Below, piece by piece: positions 1 to 11,003 of a stretch of 64,000 nucleotides of DNA; position 1 is the stretch's first letter; each line of letters opens with the position of its first letter. This DNA comes from an uncultured Clostridia bacterium. GTDB lineage: Bacteria; Bacillota; Dehalobacteriia; UBA4068; CALXSR01. Under the pieces are notes generated by a model that did no database searches, had not been told where the DNA came from, and saw only the letters and a program-made list of their open reading frames with translations. The DNA lies in contig CALXSR010000015.1 of the NCBI GenBank assembly GCA_944391215.1, positions 16,776-80,775 of the forward strand, in the 5' to 3' direction. Position numbers and translations under genes: made by a program.

Positions 1-1347
<1,347 letters not shown>

Positions 1348-1369
1348 CTACAATTTTTAAAAGTTCTTT

Positions 1370-1660
1370 TTAGTCAATAATTGCTAAAATATCTCTTTCT
1401 CCACTTAAAATAAGATACTCTTCATCGCCTTTTTTCCATTCGGTACCAGCATATTTCGAATAAATTACTTTATCGCCAACTTTCACTTCTAAAGCAGCAT
1501 AAGTACCATTATCCAAAATACGGCCGGGACCCACAGCTACGACTTCACCTTCTTGTGGTTTTTCTTTGGCAGTATCCGGCAAAACAATACCGCTTGTCGT
1601 TACTTCTTCTTTCGGCATAACTTTAATAACAACTCTTTCACCCAACGGTTTGATGTTCAT
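1370..1660 (-). CDS. groES: Co-chaperonin GroES
   Basis: [13 protein letters not shown]...[24 protein letters not shown]; AGGAGG RBS before ATG 1660. Confidence 0.98.
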   Translation of the reverse strand: MNIKPLGERVVIKVMPKEEVTTSGIVLPDTAKEKPQEGEVVAVGPGRILDNGTYAALEVKVGDKVIYSKYAGTEWKKGDEEYLILSGERDILAIID

Positions 1661-1683
1661 TGCGTGACCTCCTCTTTTTATTG

Positions 1684-1710
1684 TTAGCACTCATTGAACG
1701 TGAGTGCTAA
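1684..1710. promoter_or_regulatory. CIRCE operator (HrcA site)
   Basis: Perfect TTAGCACTC-N9-GAGTGCTAA upstream of groES. Confidence 0.98.
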
Positions 1711-1725
1711 TAGACTCTATGGATA

Positions 1726-1754
1726 ATAATAGTGGGAATTGGGTATTATTTCAA
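1726..1754 (-). promoter_or_regulatory. sigma-A promoter of groESL
   Basis: TTGAAA-17 bp-TATTAT just upstream of CIRCE. Confidence 0.75.
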
Positions 1755-1861
1755 GTTTTACTTAATGTCAAATATAGTCAAAATAAAACAAAAATCAATT
1801 CATACTCAATTTATCTTCTAGTTACTCTATTTTTCTTTTATTTTTATCATTTTTTATTTTT

Positions 1862-2794
1862 TCATGCGTCCGTAAATAAATTCATAGAAAGATATTTTTG
1901 GCCGCCGTCCGGAATTATTACTACAATTTTTTTACCAGTGTTTTGCTTTTTATCTGCTATTTCTAAAGCAGCCCCAATGGCTGCCCCGGCTGAAATGCCA
2001 ACCAAAATGCCTTCCGTATCCGCCAAAAGACGGCAGCAATTTTTGGCTTTTTCATCCGTTATTGGCAAAATTTCATCTAAAAGCTCCCTTTGCAATACGC
2101 TAGGAACAAAATTAGCGCCAATGCCTTGCAAACCATGCGCCCCGGCATACCCTTGGGACAATAAAGGAGAAGAAGCCGGTTCTACCGCTACCACACAAAT
2201 ATCTTTTTTATACTCTTTTAATTTTTTCGCACAACCCGTAATGGTACCGCCCGTGCCCACGCCAGCCACCAAAAAATCAATTTCTCCGGCAGTATCCTGC
2301 CAAATTTCTTCTGCCGTCGAACAATAATGGGTTTGCCAGTTCACAGGGTTATCAAACTGTCTTGGCAAAAATACCGACGGTAACTCTTTGGCCAACGCTT
2401 CCGCCTTTTGCACAGAACCGTTCATCCCATCTTTACCCGGGGTTAAAATAAGTTCCGCTCCGTAGGAAGCCAATAATTGCCTTCTTTCTAAGCTCATCGT
2501 TTCTGGCATGGTTAAAATTAAACGATATCCTTTCACTTTGGCCGCAATAGCCAAACCGATCCCAGTATTTCCACTTGTAGGTTCAATAATGACCGCACCG
2601 GGTTTTAGTTCTCCTGTTTTTTCGGCTTCCTCTAAAATAGACCAACCAATCCGATCCTTAATACTACCGCCTGGGTTAAAAAACTCTAATTTTAATAATA
2701 AATCAGCAACACTGCTTGTTTTTTCTTGTAAACGTTGCGCATGTAAAATGGGGGTATGCCCAATTAAATCGCGCACGCTTTGTGCTATTCGCAT
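1862..2794 (-). CDS. cysK: Cysteine synthase A
   Basis: NPGGSIKDR PLP lysine, EPTSGNTG, GVGTGGT. Confidence 0.95.
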   Translation of the reverse strand: MRIAQSVRDLIGHTPILHAQRLQEKTSSVADLLLKLEFFNPGGSIKDRIGWSILEEAEKTGELKPGAVIIEPTSGNTGIGLAIAAKVKGYRLILTMPETMSLERRQLLASYGAELILTPGKDGMNGSVQKAEALAKELPSVFLPRQFDNPVNWQTHYCSTAEEIWQDTAGEIDFLVAGVGTGGTITGCAKKLKEYKKDICVVAVEPASSPLLSQGYAGAHGLQGIGANFVPSVLQRELLDEILPITDEKAKNCCRLLADTEGILVGISAGAAIGAALEIADKKQNTGKKIVVIIPDGGQKYLSMNLFTDA

Positions 2795-2854
2795 TATTTT
2801 AGCTCCTTTCTATTTGCTAAAACATGGTATTTAAAATAATTATTTTGACTTTGG

Positions 2855-2883
2855 TTGCATTTTTCCTAGCTCCATTATACAAT
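2855..2883 (+). promoter_or_regulatory. Putative sigma-A promoter of cysE
   Basis: TTGCAT-17 bp-TACAAT. Confidence 0.55.
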
Positions 2884-2934
2884 AAAATATACATCTTTTA
2901 TTCCAATTGAGGAAAATTTTAGGGAGGAAATTTC

Positions 2935-3648
2935 ATGGAATTTTGGAACGATGCCAAATCGATTGCCCAAAGGGACCCGGCCGCAACAGGGCCCTGGCAA
3001 GTATTTTGGCTGTATTCCGGCTATCATGCCGTTTGTTGGCACCGTTTAGCACATTGGTTTTACCGACATAAATTGCTCTTTATTGCCCGGGCCATTTCAC
3101 AATTCTCCCGTTTTTTGACCAATATTGAAATTCATCCTGGCGCAAAAATTGGCAAAGGTCTTTTTATTGATCATGGTACTGGCGTTGTAATTGGGGAAAC
3201 TGCCGAAATAGGAGATTATTGCACCATTTATCATGGTTGTACCCTGGGCGGCACCGGTAAAGATATCGGCAAAAGGCATCCAACTTTAGGCAATAATGTA
3301 CTAGTAGGCGCTGGCGCTAAAATATTAGGGCCTTTTCAAGTAGGCGATAATTCGCGCATTGGCGCCAATTCCGTTGTACTACAAGAAGTTCCGCCCAATA
3401 CAACAGTAACCGGCGTGCCAGGCAGACAGGTAAAACAAAAAAAAGCACAAACACCTGCTTTCGATCTGGATCAAATTCACTTACCAGACCCCGTTTATCA
3501 AGAACTTAAGGAATTGATGGTCAAAGTGGAAAAAATGACTGCTGACCTAGAAAAAAGCCACCAGGAAGCGGCCAAACAAAAAGCCGAACTAGAGGCCGAG
3601 TTACAAGCGAAATTAACCGCGCATATTTCCGAAGAAAAAAGACAATAA
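2935..3648 (+). CDS. cysE: Serine O-acetyltransferase
   Basis: RDPAA, IEIHPGAKIG, FIDHGTGVVIGET, KRHPT hexapeptide region. Confidence 0.95.
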   Translation: MEFWNDAKSIAQRDPAATGPWQVFWLYSGYHAVCWHRLAHWFYRHKLLFIARAISQFSRFLTNIEIHPGAKIGKGLFIDHGTGVVIGETAEIGDYCTIYHGCTLGGTGKDIGKRHPTLGNNVLVGAGAKILGPFQVGDNSRIGANSVVLQEVPPNTTVTGVPGRQVKQKKAQTPAFDLDQIHLPDPVYQELKELMVKVEKMTADLEKSHQEAAKQKAELEAELQAKLTAHISEEKRQ

Positions 3649-3723
3649 GCCCATTCATGTATAAAAAATGACGGTCTCCACAAAATGGAATAGAAAACAA
3701 TTTAATTCAAGGAGGTTATCGTA

Positions 3724-4044
3724 ATGTCCGTACTTCATTTGCAGCAAAATAATTTTCAAGAAACCATAGCCAATGCCGATAAACCCGTTTTGGTTGACTT
3801 TTGGGCCACTTGGTGCGGCCCTTGCCAAATGTTAGGACCGGTAATAGAACAGATTGCCGAAAAAATGGATGGAGAAGCGATTATTGCCAAAGTAAACGTA
3901 GATGAGGAAAAAGCATTGGCCGCTTCCTTCCGCGTTATGAGTATTCCCACCCTGATTGTTTTTAAGGATGGGCAGGAAAAGGAAAGAATGGTTGGCTTTG
4001 TGCCGGAACAACAAGTCATGGATTTCATAAAAAAATATGAATAA
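3724..4044 (+). CDS. trxA: Thioredoxin
   Basis: WCGPC active site, 106 aa. Confidence 0.95.
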   Translation: MSVLHLQQNNFQETIANADKPVLVDFWATWCGPCQMLGPVIEQIAEKMDGEAIIAKVNVDEEKALAASFRVMSIPTLIVFKDGQEKERMVGFVPEQQVMDFIKKYE

Positions 4045-4050
4045 CAGCAT

Positions 4051-4079
4051 AAAAAAACCGCCGCACGGCGGTTTTTTTT
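4051..4079. terminator. Bidirectional intrinsic terminator
   Basis: A7-CCGCCG-CA-CGGCGG-T8 between convergent genes. Confidence 0.85.
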
Positions 4080-4090
4080 ATGGTTAAAAA

Positions 4091-5263
4091 TTAGATAGCC
4101 ATCATATTTTCTTTCAGCTTGGGAAAACGGATGATAAAAGAAGTACCTTCGCCTAAAGCGCTTTGGATATCTACCGTACCTTGCATTTGTTTGATTAAGG
4201 AAAAGCTGTTATAAACGCCCATTCCAGTTCCTTTTTCTTTGGTAGTAAAAAAAGGTTTGCCAATTTTGGCCAATGTTTCTTCATCCATGCCTTTTCCGGT
4301 ATCCGTAACAGTTAAGCAAACCGTATCTTCTTCCTCTACTGTTTTTAAAATAATTTGTCCTTCTGTTTCAATTGCTGCCAAAGCATTATTTAACATATTC
4401 ACTAATATTTGTTTAAAGCGACTACCATCCACCATAATGGGTTGCATATTAGCAGCAAAATCCGTTTTGATTTGGATACCGCGGGCCAAAGCCGGGCCAA
4501 TATAAAGAGGCAGTACCTGATTACATAAATCATTGATATCATAAGCCGCCAGATGCATTTCTTTTACCCGGGAAGATTGTAAATACTCCGTTAAAATAGC
4601 ATTTCCTCGATCCAACTCTGCAAATACTAAAGGTAAGTTCTTTTGCATAAAATCATCATTTTTATATTTTTCCTGCATTAGTTGTAAATAGGCGCGCACA
4701 ATTTGCATCGGGTTACGAATTTCATGAACAACACCCGCTGCAATTTCCCCAATTTGTGATAAATGCAATATCTGCTTGGATTGCTCATGCAATTCCTTTT
4801 CCAAACTACGATCCTTTAAACAAAAATGAATGCCAATCACTTTTCGCTCTACATCCAAAATTGGTTTCACAATCCGATCAAAGGTATATTCCTTCTCTTT
4901 GGTTGGTACAGAAAGATAATAATCTTCCTGCCCACTTTCATTGATCAAAACCTTTTCAATGACGGCGCAATCAAAAACCTTTTTCAACCAAACATGCGGA
5001 AAGTGCAAATTGCGGTAATGCACACCACAAATACAAGCCATCGGTAATTGAAAAAATTGCTGTGCTTTTTCACTTACGCCACAAACAATCCCATTTTGAT
5101 CAAGAATCAACTCCACATGATCGCTTGCTTGCAAAGTGGCATAATAAAAACGCATAGTATAATCCAACTCTTGCGCCAACTTTTTGGCCTTTTTCGACCA
5201 GTCTATTTTTTGCTCTAAGCCACCGCTATCTTTTTTCATTTCTTTTTCATTATGAATTATCAT
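4091..5263 (-). CDS. Orphan cytoplasmic sensor histidine kinase (PAS-like + HisKA + HATPase)
   Basis: H-box AAGVVHEIRNPM, N-box NMLNNA, DTGKGM, PFFTTK, GTGMG; no obvious TM segment. Confidence 0.88.
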   Translation of the reverse strand: MIIHNEKEMKKDSGGLEQKIDWSKKAKKLAQELDYTMRFYYATLQASDHVELILDQNGIVCGVSEKAQQFFQLPMACICGVHYRNLHFPHVWLKKVFDCAVIEKVLINESGQEDYYLSVPTKEKEYTFDRIVKPILDVERKVIGIHFCLKDRSLEKELHEQSKQILHLSQIGEIAAGVVHEIRNPMQIVRAYLQLMQEKYKNDDFMQKNLPLVFAELDRGNAILTEYLQSSRVKEMHLAAYDINDLCNQVLPLYIGPALARGIQIKTDFAANMQPIMVDGSRFKQILVNMLNNALAAIETEGQIILKTVEEEDTVCLTVTDTGKGMDEETLAKIGKPFFTTKEKGTGMGVYNSFSLIKQMQGTVDIQSALGEGTSFIIRFPKLKENMMAI

Positions 5264-5396
5264 AATATTCTCCGTTATTACCCTATTTGATAAATAACAA
5301 ATTTAACATCAACTTTCTTTTTCCTGTTTTTAACAAATAAGAAATTTCCTATTTTATTCGACCGAATTCTAAGAAAAAAGAGCAATTTTTCTATTT

Positions 5397-5969
5397 TTAC
5401 AAAAGGCCGTCTTCTGTTATAACGCCGTCCATCGCTATATCTTCGCACCTTACGGGCAATTCTTCTGTAATTTGCATAGCATAAGCCAAACCTATTTTTT
5501 GTGTTTCTTTGCGGGTTTGCGACAAAAAAAGATCATAATAACCACCGCCATATCCTAAACGGTGGTATTTTTTATCGAAAGCAACACCCGGTACTAATAT
5601 GAAATCGATATCCACTGGTAATACCACTTTTTTGTTTACCGGTTCCCAAATTCCATAATGATCCTTTTGCAAGCGATCCCCCTGCTGATAGCGACAAGCA
5701 TACATAACGCTTTTCTTCTCGTTATCACAAACCGGCACCAATACGGTTTTTCCTTGTTGCCATAAATAAGGAAACAAAATAGCAACATCTACTTCTGAGG
5801 CAAACGGCAAATAAGCCATAATCATCTGCGCCTTTGCCAAAATAGGCATTTGTTTTAAATAATCCACAATTCGCGCACTTTTAAGAGATATGTCCTCAGC
5901 AAAAAGACAATTCCTTTTTTGTAATATTTGTTTTCGCAATTCTTGTTTTTTTTGCACAATTTCCATCAA
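5397..5969 (-). CDS. 5-formyltetrahydrofolate cyclo-ligase
   Basis: KQELRK N-terminus, LVPGVAFD, RLGYGGGYYD. Confidence 0.93.
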   Translation of the reverse strand: MMEIVQKKQELRKQILQKRNCLFAEDISLKSARIVDYLKQMPILAKAQMIMAYLPFASEVDVAILFPYLWQQGKTVLVPVCDNEKKSVMYACRYQQGDRLQKDHYGIWEPVNKKVVLPVDIDFILVPGVAFDKKYHRLGYGGGYYDLFLSQTRKETQKIGLAYAMQITEELPVRCEDIAMDGVITEDGLL

Positions 5970-6198
5970 ATAACCTCATTTTTATTAACGCCCAGTTCCT
6001 TCATGCGCTTTGTTTTTTCTAAATCCAAGCGATATAATAGGTTTTTATTCAAAGAAAAACAGGACCAGGATTCCGATGAGCGGAAAAATCCAGCTTTTCA
6101 CAAATCGCACATAGATAGCAGGCGTTTTTATTTCATTTTTACTGAATTTTTTTCTTATCTACATATGATTTCCACATAGGATATGCCCCTTTTAATAG

Positions 6199-6229
6199 TT
6201 ATTAACAAAGTTATCCACATCATCAACAA
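6199..6229. promoter_or_regulatory. DnaA-box cluster (one perfect, two degenerate)
   Basis: TTATCCACA at 6211-6219 flanked by TTATTAACA and TCATCAACA. Confidence 0.45.
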
Positions 6230-6300
6230 CTGAATTTTTGACAATTTTTCAGCTCTTCCCAAAAGAATAAAAAGGCTTTCCTTCTTTTTATTTTGCAATT

Positions 6301-7305
6301 TTATTCATACAATTGCAAACCGGGACAAGCGTTTAAGGAAAAGTCCGCAAAGTCCTTTTTCTCCCATTTGCGCAAAGCGGCCTGTGCAATCATCACGCCA
6401 TTATCCGTACAATAAATAGGAGAAGGCCAAAGAATTTGCAAACCATCTGCGCGTTCTCGCAAACAATTACGCAAACAGGAATTAGCCGCTACGCCGCCAG
6501 CCAGAACAATCGTATTGACACCAAATAATCGGGCCGCCCGAATCGCTTTTGCACTCAACACATCACAAATCGCCATTTGTACAGAAGCCGCCACATCCTC
6601 TACCCGCCAAATTTCCCCTTTTTTCTCACACTGACGAATAAAGTTTAAAATAGCCGATTTCAAACCGCTAAAACTAAAATCAAAACTATCTGCTTCTAGC
6701 CAAGCCCGAGGAAACGTATATTTTTGTGGATCGCCATTTTGGGCAGCTTTTTGAATTGCCGGTCCTCCCGGATAACCTAACCCAATGGCCCGGGAAATTT
6801 TATCAAAGGCCTCTCCTGCCGCATCATCTCGGCTTTGCCCCAATAACTGATATCTTCCCGGCGCTTTAGCCAATACGATATCGCTATGACTCCCCGATAC
6901 AATAAGCGCTAAAAAAGGATACTGTAAATTTGGATGTTCTATAAAATTAACCAACAAATGTCCTTCCAAATGATGTACTCCAATGATAGGCTTACCAATG
7001 GCTTGCGCCAAACCTTTGCCATAACTTAATCCTACCAGCAATGCCCCTACCAAACCCGGCCCTTGCGTAACGGCCACTGCATCTAAATCTTGCCAAACAA
7101 GCCCCGCTTTTTGCATCGCCTCTTCTACAGTCGGCGAAATAGCCAGCAAATGTTGCCGACTGGCTATTTCCGGCACCACGCCGCCATATATCTTATGCAC
7201 ATCCACTTGGGAAGCTATGACATTTGCCAATACCTCCCCTTTATCGGTTATAATACCAGCCGCTGTTTCATCACAACTGCTTTCAATTCCCAAAATAATG
7301 GTCAT
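6301..7305 (-). CDS. tsaD: tRNA t6A37 threonylcarbamoyltransferase TsaD
   Basis: ILGIESSCDET, GGVVPEIASRQH, HHLEGH, DDAAGEAFDK; start moved to ATG 7305 (GGAGG RBS). Confidence 0.96.
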   Translation of the reverse strand: MTIILGIESSCDETAAGIITDKGEVLANVIASQVDVHKIYGGVVPEIASRQHLLAISPTVEEAMQKAGLVWQDLDAVAVTQGPGLVGALLVGLSYGKGLAQAIGKPIIGVHHLEGHLLVNFIEHPNLQYPFLALIVSGSHSDIVLAKAPGRYQLLGQSRDDAAGEAFDKISRAIGLGYPGGPAIQKAAQNGDPQKYTFPRAWLEADSFDFSFSGLKSAILNFIRQCEKKGEIWRVEDVAASVQMAICDVLSAKAIRAARLFGVNTIVLAGGVAANSCLRNCLRERADGLQILWPSPIYCTDNGVMIAQAALRKWEKKDFADFSLNACPGLQLYE

Positions 7306-7318
7306 AGCCGCCTCCATA

Positions 7319-7804
7319 CTATTTTTCAATTTCCAACCAATAAATAAAAGCATCCTCATTATTATCATTATAATAATGAGGGCGCACTCCAGCAAATGTA
7401 AAACCAAACCTTTTATACAGTCTTTGGGCTGATATATTACTACGGCGCACTTCCAAAGTCATTCTTTCAATTCGGTTTAAAATAGCCTGCTGTTTTAAAT
7501 ATTCCAATAGCAATTCCCCAAAATGACGGCCCCGAAAATTGGGGTGGATGGCAATATTACTAATATGCCCCTCATCCAGAACTTTCCACATGCCCGCATA
7601 ACCAATTAAATGACTACCATAAAATATCCCCACATAAATAGCCAAGTCATTTTCCGTTAATTCTTTTCGATAAGCCTCTTTACTCCAGGGGCTGGCAAAA
7701 GAAAGATTTTCAATTTCCACCATCTCATCCAAATAAGCTAAAGTTAAGGGACCTAAAGACAAAGCCGGCTCAAAATCTTGTTCCTGTAAAGGTTTATCCG
7801 GCAT
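7319..7804 (-). CDS. rimI: Ribosomal protein S18 alanine N-acetyltransferase
   Basis: GNAT fold; TLEVRRSN, RPHYY..NNEDA; between tsaB and tsaD. Confidence 0.92.
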   Translation of the reverse strand: MPDKPLQEQDFEPALSLGPLTLAYLDEMVEIENLSFASPWSKEAYRKELTENDLAIYVGIFYGSHLIGYAGMWKVLDEGHISNIAIHPNFRGRHFGELLLEYLKQQAILNRIERMTLEVRRSNISAQRLYKRFGFTFAGVRPHYYNDNNEDAFIYWLEIEK

Positions 7805-8504
7805 GCGATCCCTCCTTACCTTTTGCCAATAGCCGATTTTCCGCCTCCGATAAACGCAAATAAAATGGTTCGATACTGAAAGAATCCGTCACTTTATGTT
7901 CTTGCCAGGCTTGTTCTGCCAAAACGGCTACCGCGCTAGCCATAAAAAGACGGCGCGGCGGCGGACTTAATATTGCGCGTTCTCCCAATACTTCCTGTAT
8001 ACAAGAAAAATACGTTATTGTTCCATCTCCCATAAATTCAAAAATGGAGCAATCGGGCATTTTACTTAATTCTTCCGCTAGTTTCAACGGTTCTTTGGCA
8101 CAATAATCCCAAAGCCTTTGCCCATTGTGATACAAACAACAATATACTTCATTTTTGCGCGCGTCTAAGATAGGCACTGCAAAATGCGCCTTTTCTGCAT
8201 TTTGCGCCAAAGCATCTAAAGTAATAATCGGAATCAACGGCTTTTGTAAAGCTTGTCCCCAAGCTTTAGCAGTAGCAATCCCAATTCGCAACCCGGTAAA
8301 GGAGCCAGGACCCACCGTTAAAGCAATGGCATCCATATCCTGCAATTGGCATTCCGCACCTTGCAATAAAGCCTCCAGCATAGGTAAAAACCGCTGAGAA
8401 TGCGTTTTACCTAAGCAAAAGGAAAATTCAGCCAGCAAATTTCCATTTTCTATAATTGCCGCTCCTGATCCTTTTGTAGCGGTATCAATAGCCAAAATTG
8501 GCAT
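7794..8504 (-). CDS. tsaB: t6A biosynthesis protein TsaB
   Basis: ILAIDTA, GPGSFTGLRIG, DARKNEVY. Confidence 0.95.
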   Translation of the reverse strand: MPILAIDTATKGSGAAIIENGNLLAEFSFCLGKTHSQRFLPMLEALLQGAECQLQDMDAIALTVGPGSFTGLRIGIATAKAWGQALQKPLIPIITLDALAQNAEKAHFAVPILDARKNEVYCCLYHNGQRLWDYCAKEPLKLAEELSKMPDCSIFEFMGDGTITYFSCIQEVLGERAILSPPPRRLFMASAVAVLAEQAWQEHKVTDSFSIEPFYLRLSEAENRLLAKGKEGSHAG

Positions 8505-8955
8505 TTTTTATCGCCTCCTCAATCCATGCTCTATCTTTTTCAGCACAGGTAATTTGTAAAATTCGGCTATCCTCTTTTTCCCCTAATACAAAATCAATTT
8601 GCACACATGTTGCCGGTAAAAAGGAGCCCAAATTTTGCGCCCATTCTATTGCGGTTAAACCAGGCGCTGTAAAGTATTCTTCCAAACCCAAATCAAAAAA
8701 TTCATCTTCCTCGCAGAGTCGATACATGTCCATATGATAAAAGGGCATACGCCCTTCATATTCATTGATTAAAGTAAAAGTAGGACTCACAATATGCCGC
8801 TCAATACCAAGCCCTTTGGCCAGGCCCTGACAAAAATGCGTTTTACCGGCTCCCATTTCCCCATTTAAAGCGATTACTGTACCCGCAGGAGCCAATTTGC
8901 CCATTTGCCGAGCCAACGCTTTTGTTTCCTGCATACTATTACTGATAAACTGCAA
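8485..8955 (-). CDS. tsaE: t6A biosynthesis ATPase TsaE
   Basis: GEMGAGKT, SPTFTL, HMDMYRL, IEWA. Confidence 0.95.
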   Translation of the reverse strand: MQFISNSMQETKALARQMGKLAPAGTVIALNGEMGAGKTHFCQGLAKGLGIERHIVSPTFTLINEYEGRMPFYHMDMYRLCEEDEFFDLGLEEYFTAPGLTAIEWAQNLGSFLPATCVQIDFVLGEKEDSRILQITCAEKDRAWIEEAIKNANFGY

Positions 8956-8966
8956 TTTCTACCCTC

Positions 8967-9566
8967 CTACTCTTCTTCCGGCGGCGGCCAAGTTTGTTTG
9001 GGCAACAATCCTTTGATCCGTCGATATTCATCACGTACCTGTTGCATATCCTCCCATACCGGCCTCTTTTTACTTTCGTCCCGTAATAAAGCAGCCGGAT
9101 GAAAAGTAGGCATAATACGAAAACTACCTTTGGTTACCCATTGCCCACGGTCTCTGGTGATGCGAGCATTTGGACTGACTAACACTTGCGTAGCCAAAGC
9201 ACCCAAACAAACAATAATTTTAGGATGGATCACTCTCACTTGTTCCCGTAAAAAAGGCTTACAGGCTTCCACCTCATTAGGCAAAGGCAAACGATTCCCC
9301 GGCGGCCTACATTTTACCACATTACAAACATAAATATCATCCCATGGCAATTCAGCAGCAGCTACAATTTTATCTAAAAGCTGGCCTGCTCGTCCTACAA
9401 ATGGGATACCTTGCGCATCTTCATCCGCCCCAGGTCCTTCGCCAATAAACATAATGGTAGCCGATAAGCTACCTTTGCCGAATACCATATGTTTGCGCGT
9501 TGTTCCCAAAGGACAGCTATCACAATGCTGTAGTTTTTGCTCTAATTCAGCTAAAACCATTTTCAT
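8967..9566 (-). CDS. Uracil-DNA glycosylase family 4 (Fe-S)
   Basis: CxxC, GEGPGADED, PFVGRAG, KCRPP, FHPAALLR. Confidence 0.92.
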   Translation of the reverse strand: MKMVLAELEQKLQHCDSCPLGTTRKHMVFGKGSLSATIMFIGEGPGADEDAQGIPFVGRAGQLLDKIVAAAELPWDDIYVCNVVKCRPPGNRLPLPNEVEACKPFLREQVRVIHPKIIVCLGALATQVLVSPNARITRDRGQWVTKGSFRIMPTFHPAALLRDESKKRPVWEDMQQVRDEYRRIKGLLPKQTWPPPEEE

Positions 9567-9615
9567 CACCACTTTTTTCTTCTTCTTTTTATTGTAAATC
9601 TCCGCGCGCATCCCG

Positions 9616-10320
9616 TCAACAGGTTCTCTTATTCGCTTCTCTTATAAAAGAAGCAAAAATAGCCTTAGAAGACGCATCATTTTCAGCAGTAAGTTCCGGA
9701 TGCCATTGTACCCCGATACAAAAATCATATTGAGGGGCAACCCAGGCTTCTAGCAAACCATCTTTACTATAAGCAGCTGCTTCTAAATTTTTAGCCAAGC
9801 ATTTTATACCTTGATGATGAAAACTATTCACTTGCATTTCCTTTTTATTAATAATTTTTTGTAATTGCGGATGGATAACAGTAACGGTATGACTACTATG
9901 CCAACCGGGAGCATTTTGCATATGTTGTAAATAATTTTTTTCTGCACAGTATAAATCTTGCCAAACACTGCCACCCATAGCAATATTCACCAATTGCATG
10001 CCACGGCAAATCGCCAAAATGGGCAACGAGGCGCGTAGAGCATATTTTAACAAAGCAACTTCCCAATTATCCCTTTTTGGATCTACCGCCCCTAATCCCT
10101 TTTGCGGTTCCTCCTGCCAATAAAGAGGCGCAATATCTCCTCCACCCGTAAAAATTAAACCATCGATTGTTGCAATGATTTCCTTTGCAAATATCGTTTT
10201 TTGCGGCGGTAACAACACCACGCTTGCCCCATATTTTTCCAAAACCTGTTGATAAGAAGCACGCAGTTGAAAACAATTCTCTTTATAATCCATACCGCAA
10301 CTTAAGCCGATGATAGTCAT
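9616..10320 (-). CDS. Gamma-glutamyl-gamma-aminobutyrate hydrolase family (peptidase C26)
   Basis: GGGD, AICRGMQ, NSFHHQ, GVQWHPE. Confidence 0.9.
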   Translation of the reverse strand: MTIIGLSCGMDYKENCFQLRASYQQVLEKYGASVVLLPPQKTIFAKEIIATIDGLIFTGGGDIAPLYWQEEPQKGLGAVDPKRDNWEVALLKYALRASLPILAICRGMQLVNIAMGGSVWQDLYCAEKNYLQHMQNAPGWHSSHTVTVIHPQLQKIINKKEMQVNSFHHQGIKCLAKNLEAAAYSKDGLLEAWVAPQYDFCIGVQWHPELTAENDASSKAIFASFIREANKRTC

Positions 10321-10405
10321 AAAATCCCTCCTTAGTTATTTTTATGTTTTTATTATCGAAAAAGAAATAAAAAGGGATTTTGCTGACTCATTTTTCGCCA
10401 ATATC

Positions 10406-10438
10406 AAAAAAGCATAGCTAAAATAGCTATGCTTTTTT
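10406..10438. terminator. Intrinsic terminator
   Basis: AAAAAAGCATAGCTA-AAA-TAGCTATGCTTTTTT. Confidence 0.8.
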
Positions 10439-10448
10439 CTATCTTCTT

Positions 10449-11003
10449 TTAATAATATCCTCTTTGTACCCGGCTGATATTTCTGGGCGATACCCGCACC
10501 GTTAAATCCCCGCTATCCTGAATTTTATACTCATATAGCTCCTTATTTTTCATATCCTGTAAAAAAGTTTCCATATAACGGAAGAAAGAGCCTACATGAT
10601 GGTCAACCCCAATATAGTATTCATCCACAATGCGCTCTTTTCTTTCATCATGGCCATCGTAATATTCCTCTTCTCCACCATAATGATAATTAATGTGTAT
10701 AGAAGCTACCTCTGGATGATAAGTAACATCAAATACGATTGTTTCATCGTCTAAACTAGCATCAGCCACAATATTGATTTTTTTATTACCATGAAAATCG
10801 TTGTGATAATAGTTAATAATCAAAGGTCTATTCTCTGATTCAATCTGCCTAACAAAGGTTTCAGTTTGCATAGCTTCTTGTTCTAACTGCTTTTCTCCAA
10901 CAAAGTGAAAGGAGCTAAATTCTACAAAAGCAATACCGCCTCCCAAACCCATAAACAACAAGCCAACTAAAAATAAAGCGATGAGTTTTTTTCTTTGCGT
11001 CAT
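10449..11003 (-). CDS. Hypothetical membrane-anchored protein
   Basis: Single N-terminal TM helix; start overlaps stop of upstream gene. Confidence 0.7.
   Translation of the reverse strand: MTQRKKLIALFLVGLLFMGLGGGIAFVEFSSFHFVGEKQLEQEAMQTETFVRQIESENRPLIINYYHNDFHGNKKINIVADASLDDETIVFDVTYHPEVASIHINYHYGGEEEYYDGHDERKERIVDEYYIGVDHHVGSFFRYMETFLQDMKNKELYEYKIQDSGDLTVRVSPRNISRVQRGYY

Noticed and set aside
5970-6180. 6S RNA, folate/ZTP riboswitch, hammerhead or Sda peptide upstream of the cyclo-ligase
   Set aside because: No long rod structure, aptamer motif or Sda-like ORF; CCGATGAG..GAAA deviates from the hammerhead core
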